Assembly: GCA_033442325.1 (NCBI GenBank) | Contig: JAWQFM010000023.1 | Span: forward strand, 690,410 to 754,409 | Direction of reading: 5' to 3' | Length of the DNA stretch: 64,000 nucleotides | DNA from: Salpingoeca rosetta | Lineage: Eukaryota; Protista; Choanoflagellata | Shown here: one piece after another, positions 53,864-64,000 of the stretch | How positions within the stretch are numbered: the first letter of the stretch is position 1 | Layout: each line of letters opens with the position of its first letter | Notes under the pieces: model-generated | Databases searched by the model: none | What the model saw: the letters and a program-made list of their open reading frames with translations, nothing else | Told to the model about the DNA's origin: nothing | Position numbers and translations under genes: made by a program

Positions 53864-54021
53864 TCTCCGTCTGTCTGTCTGTCTGTCTCTCGGATGTCTC
53901 CACACTCCAAAGCACACACTGCGCCAAACACAACCAACGTGCGCCCGATATCTGCTGCTGCTTTTCTTGTTCCTCTTGCGTGCAGAATACGTATTTTCCC
54001 GACCTGTCAAGTTTGACAGCC

Positions 54022-54306
54022 TGGCAACCGCTGCAGAGAAGAGGAGGAGAAACAAGCAAGAAGCAGCAGAGGAGATAACGGGCAGAGAGTGCTGGAGTGT
54101 TGGAGTGTTGGAGTGCGAGTGAGTGTTGGAGTGAGTGCTGTGGAGAGACCGCGACGCGCGTGCGCGAGGTGGAGAAGGAATCAGCGAGGTCATAGGGTTA
54201 GGTACGGCGATCAGGAAGGCTGACGAGGAAAGCAAGGAAAGCCAGAGGGCTGTGCAGCGGTGCAGGTCTGACGGTGTGCTCTCTCTGTGTGTGTGTTTGT
54301 GACAAC
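54022..54306. promoter_or_regulatory. Two candidate RFX X-box half-sites (GTTGYCA on the minus strand) upstream of the dynein gene
   Basis: tggcaac at 54022-54028 and tgacaac at 54300-54306, within the 470-bp divergent MRPL43/dynein spacer. Confidence 0.35.
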
Positions 54307-54332
54307 TCTGCTCAACCACAACAGCAGCCATC

Positions 54333-64000
<9,668 letters not shown>

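Overview
Eukaryotic, intron-rich, GC-rich genomic DNA. Introns are packed with (CA/TG)n and other microsatellites, and there are five N gaps. Style and gene content fit a choanoflagellate such as Salpingoeca rosetta (inference). Ten protein-coding genes, in order: a 5'-incomplete TTLL3/8-type tubulin glycylase (+); a SHOC1/ZIP2-like meiotic XPF-domain protein (-); an intronless, probably myristoylated AIG1/GIMAP-like GTPase fused to a RING-H2 finger (-); a GAP1-family C2-C2-RasGAP-PH-BTK protein (+); PRP38A with a C-terminal HIND motif (-); a giant HECTD4 E3 ligase (+); an intronless S/T-rich LIM protein (+); the E2F partner DP (+); mitochondrial ribosomal protein L43 (-); and the 5' part of an axonemal dynein heavy chain (+). 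The most unexpected signal is two ~415-430 bp compositionally foreign, stem-rich, non-coding segments. One (18463-18893) sits inside a (CA)n tract in a RasGAP intron. The other (~42887-43300) interrupts a HECTD4 coding exon. They share colinear exact k-mer anchors at near-identical offsets, suggesting two diverged copies of one structured element. Most ORFs in the supplied track are microsatellite or antisense artefacts. All family calls come from remembered motifs; no database search was run.
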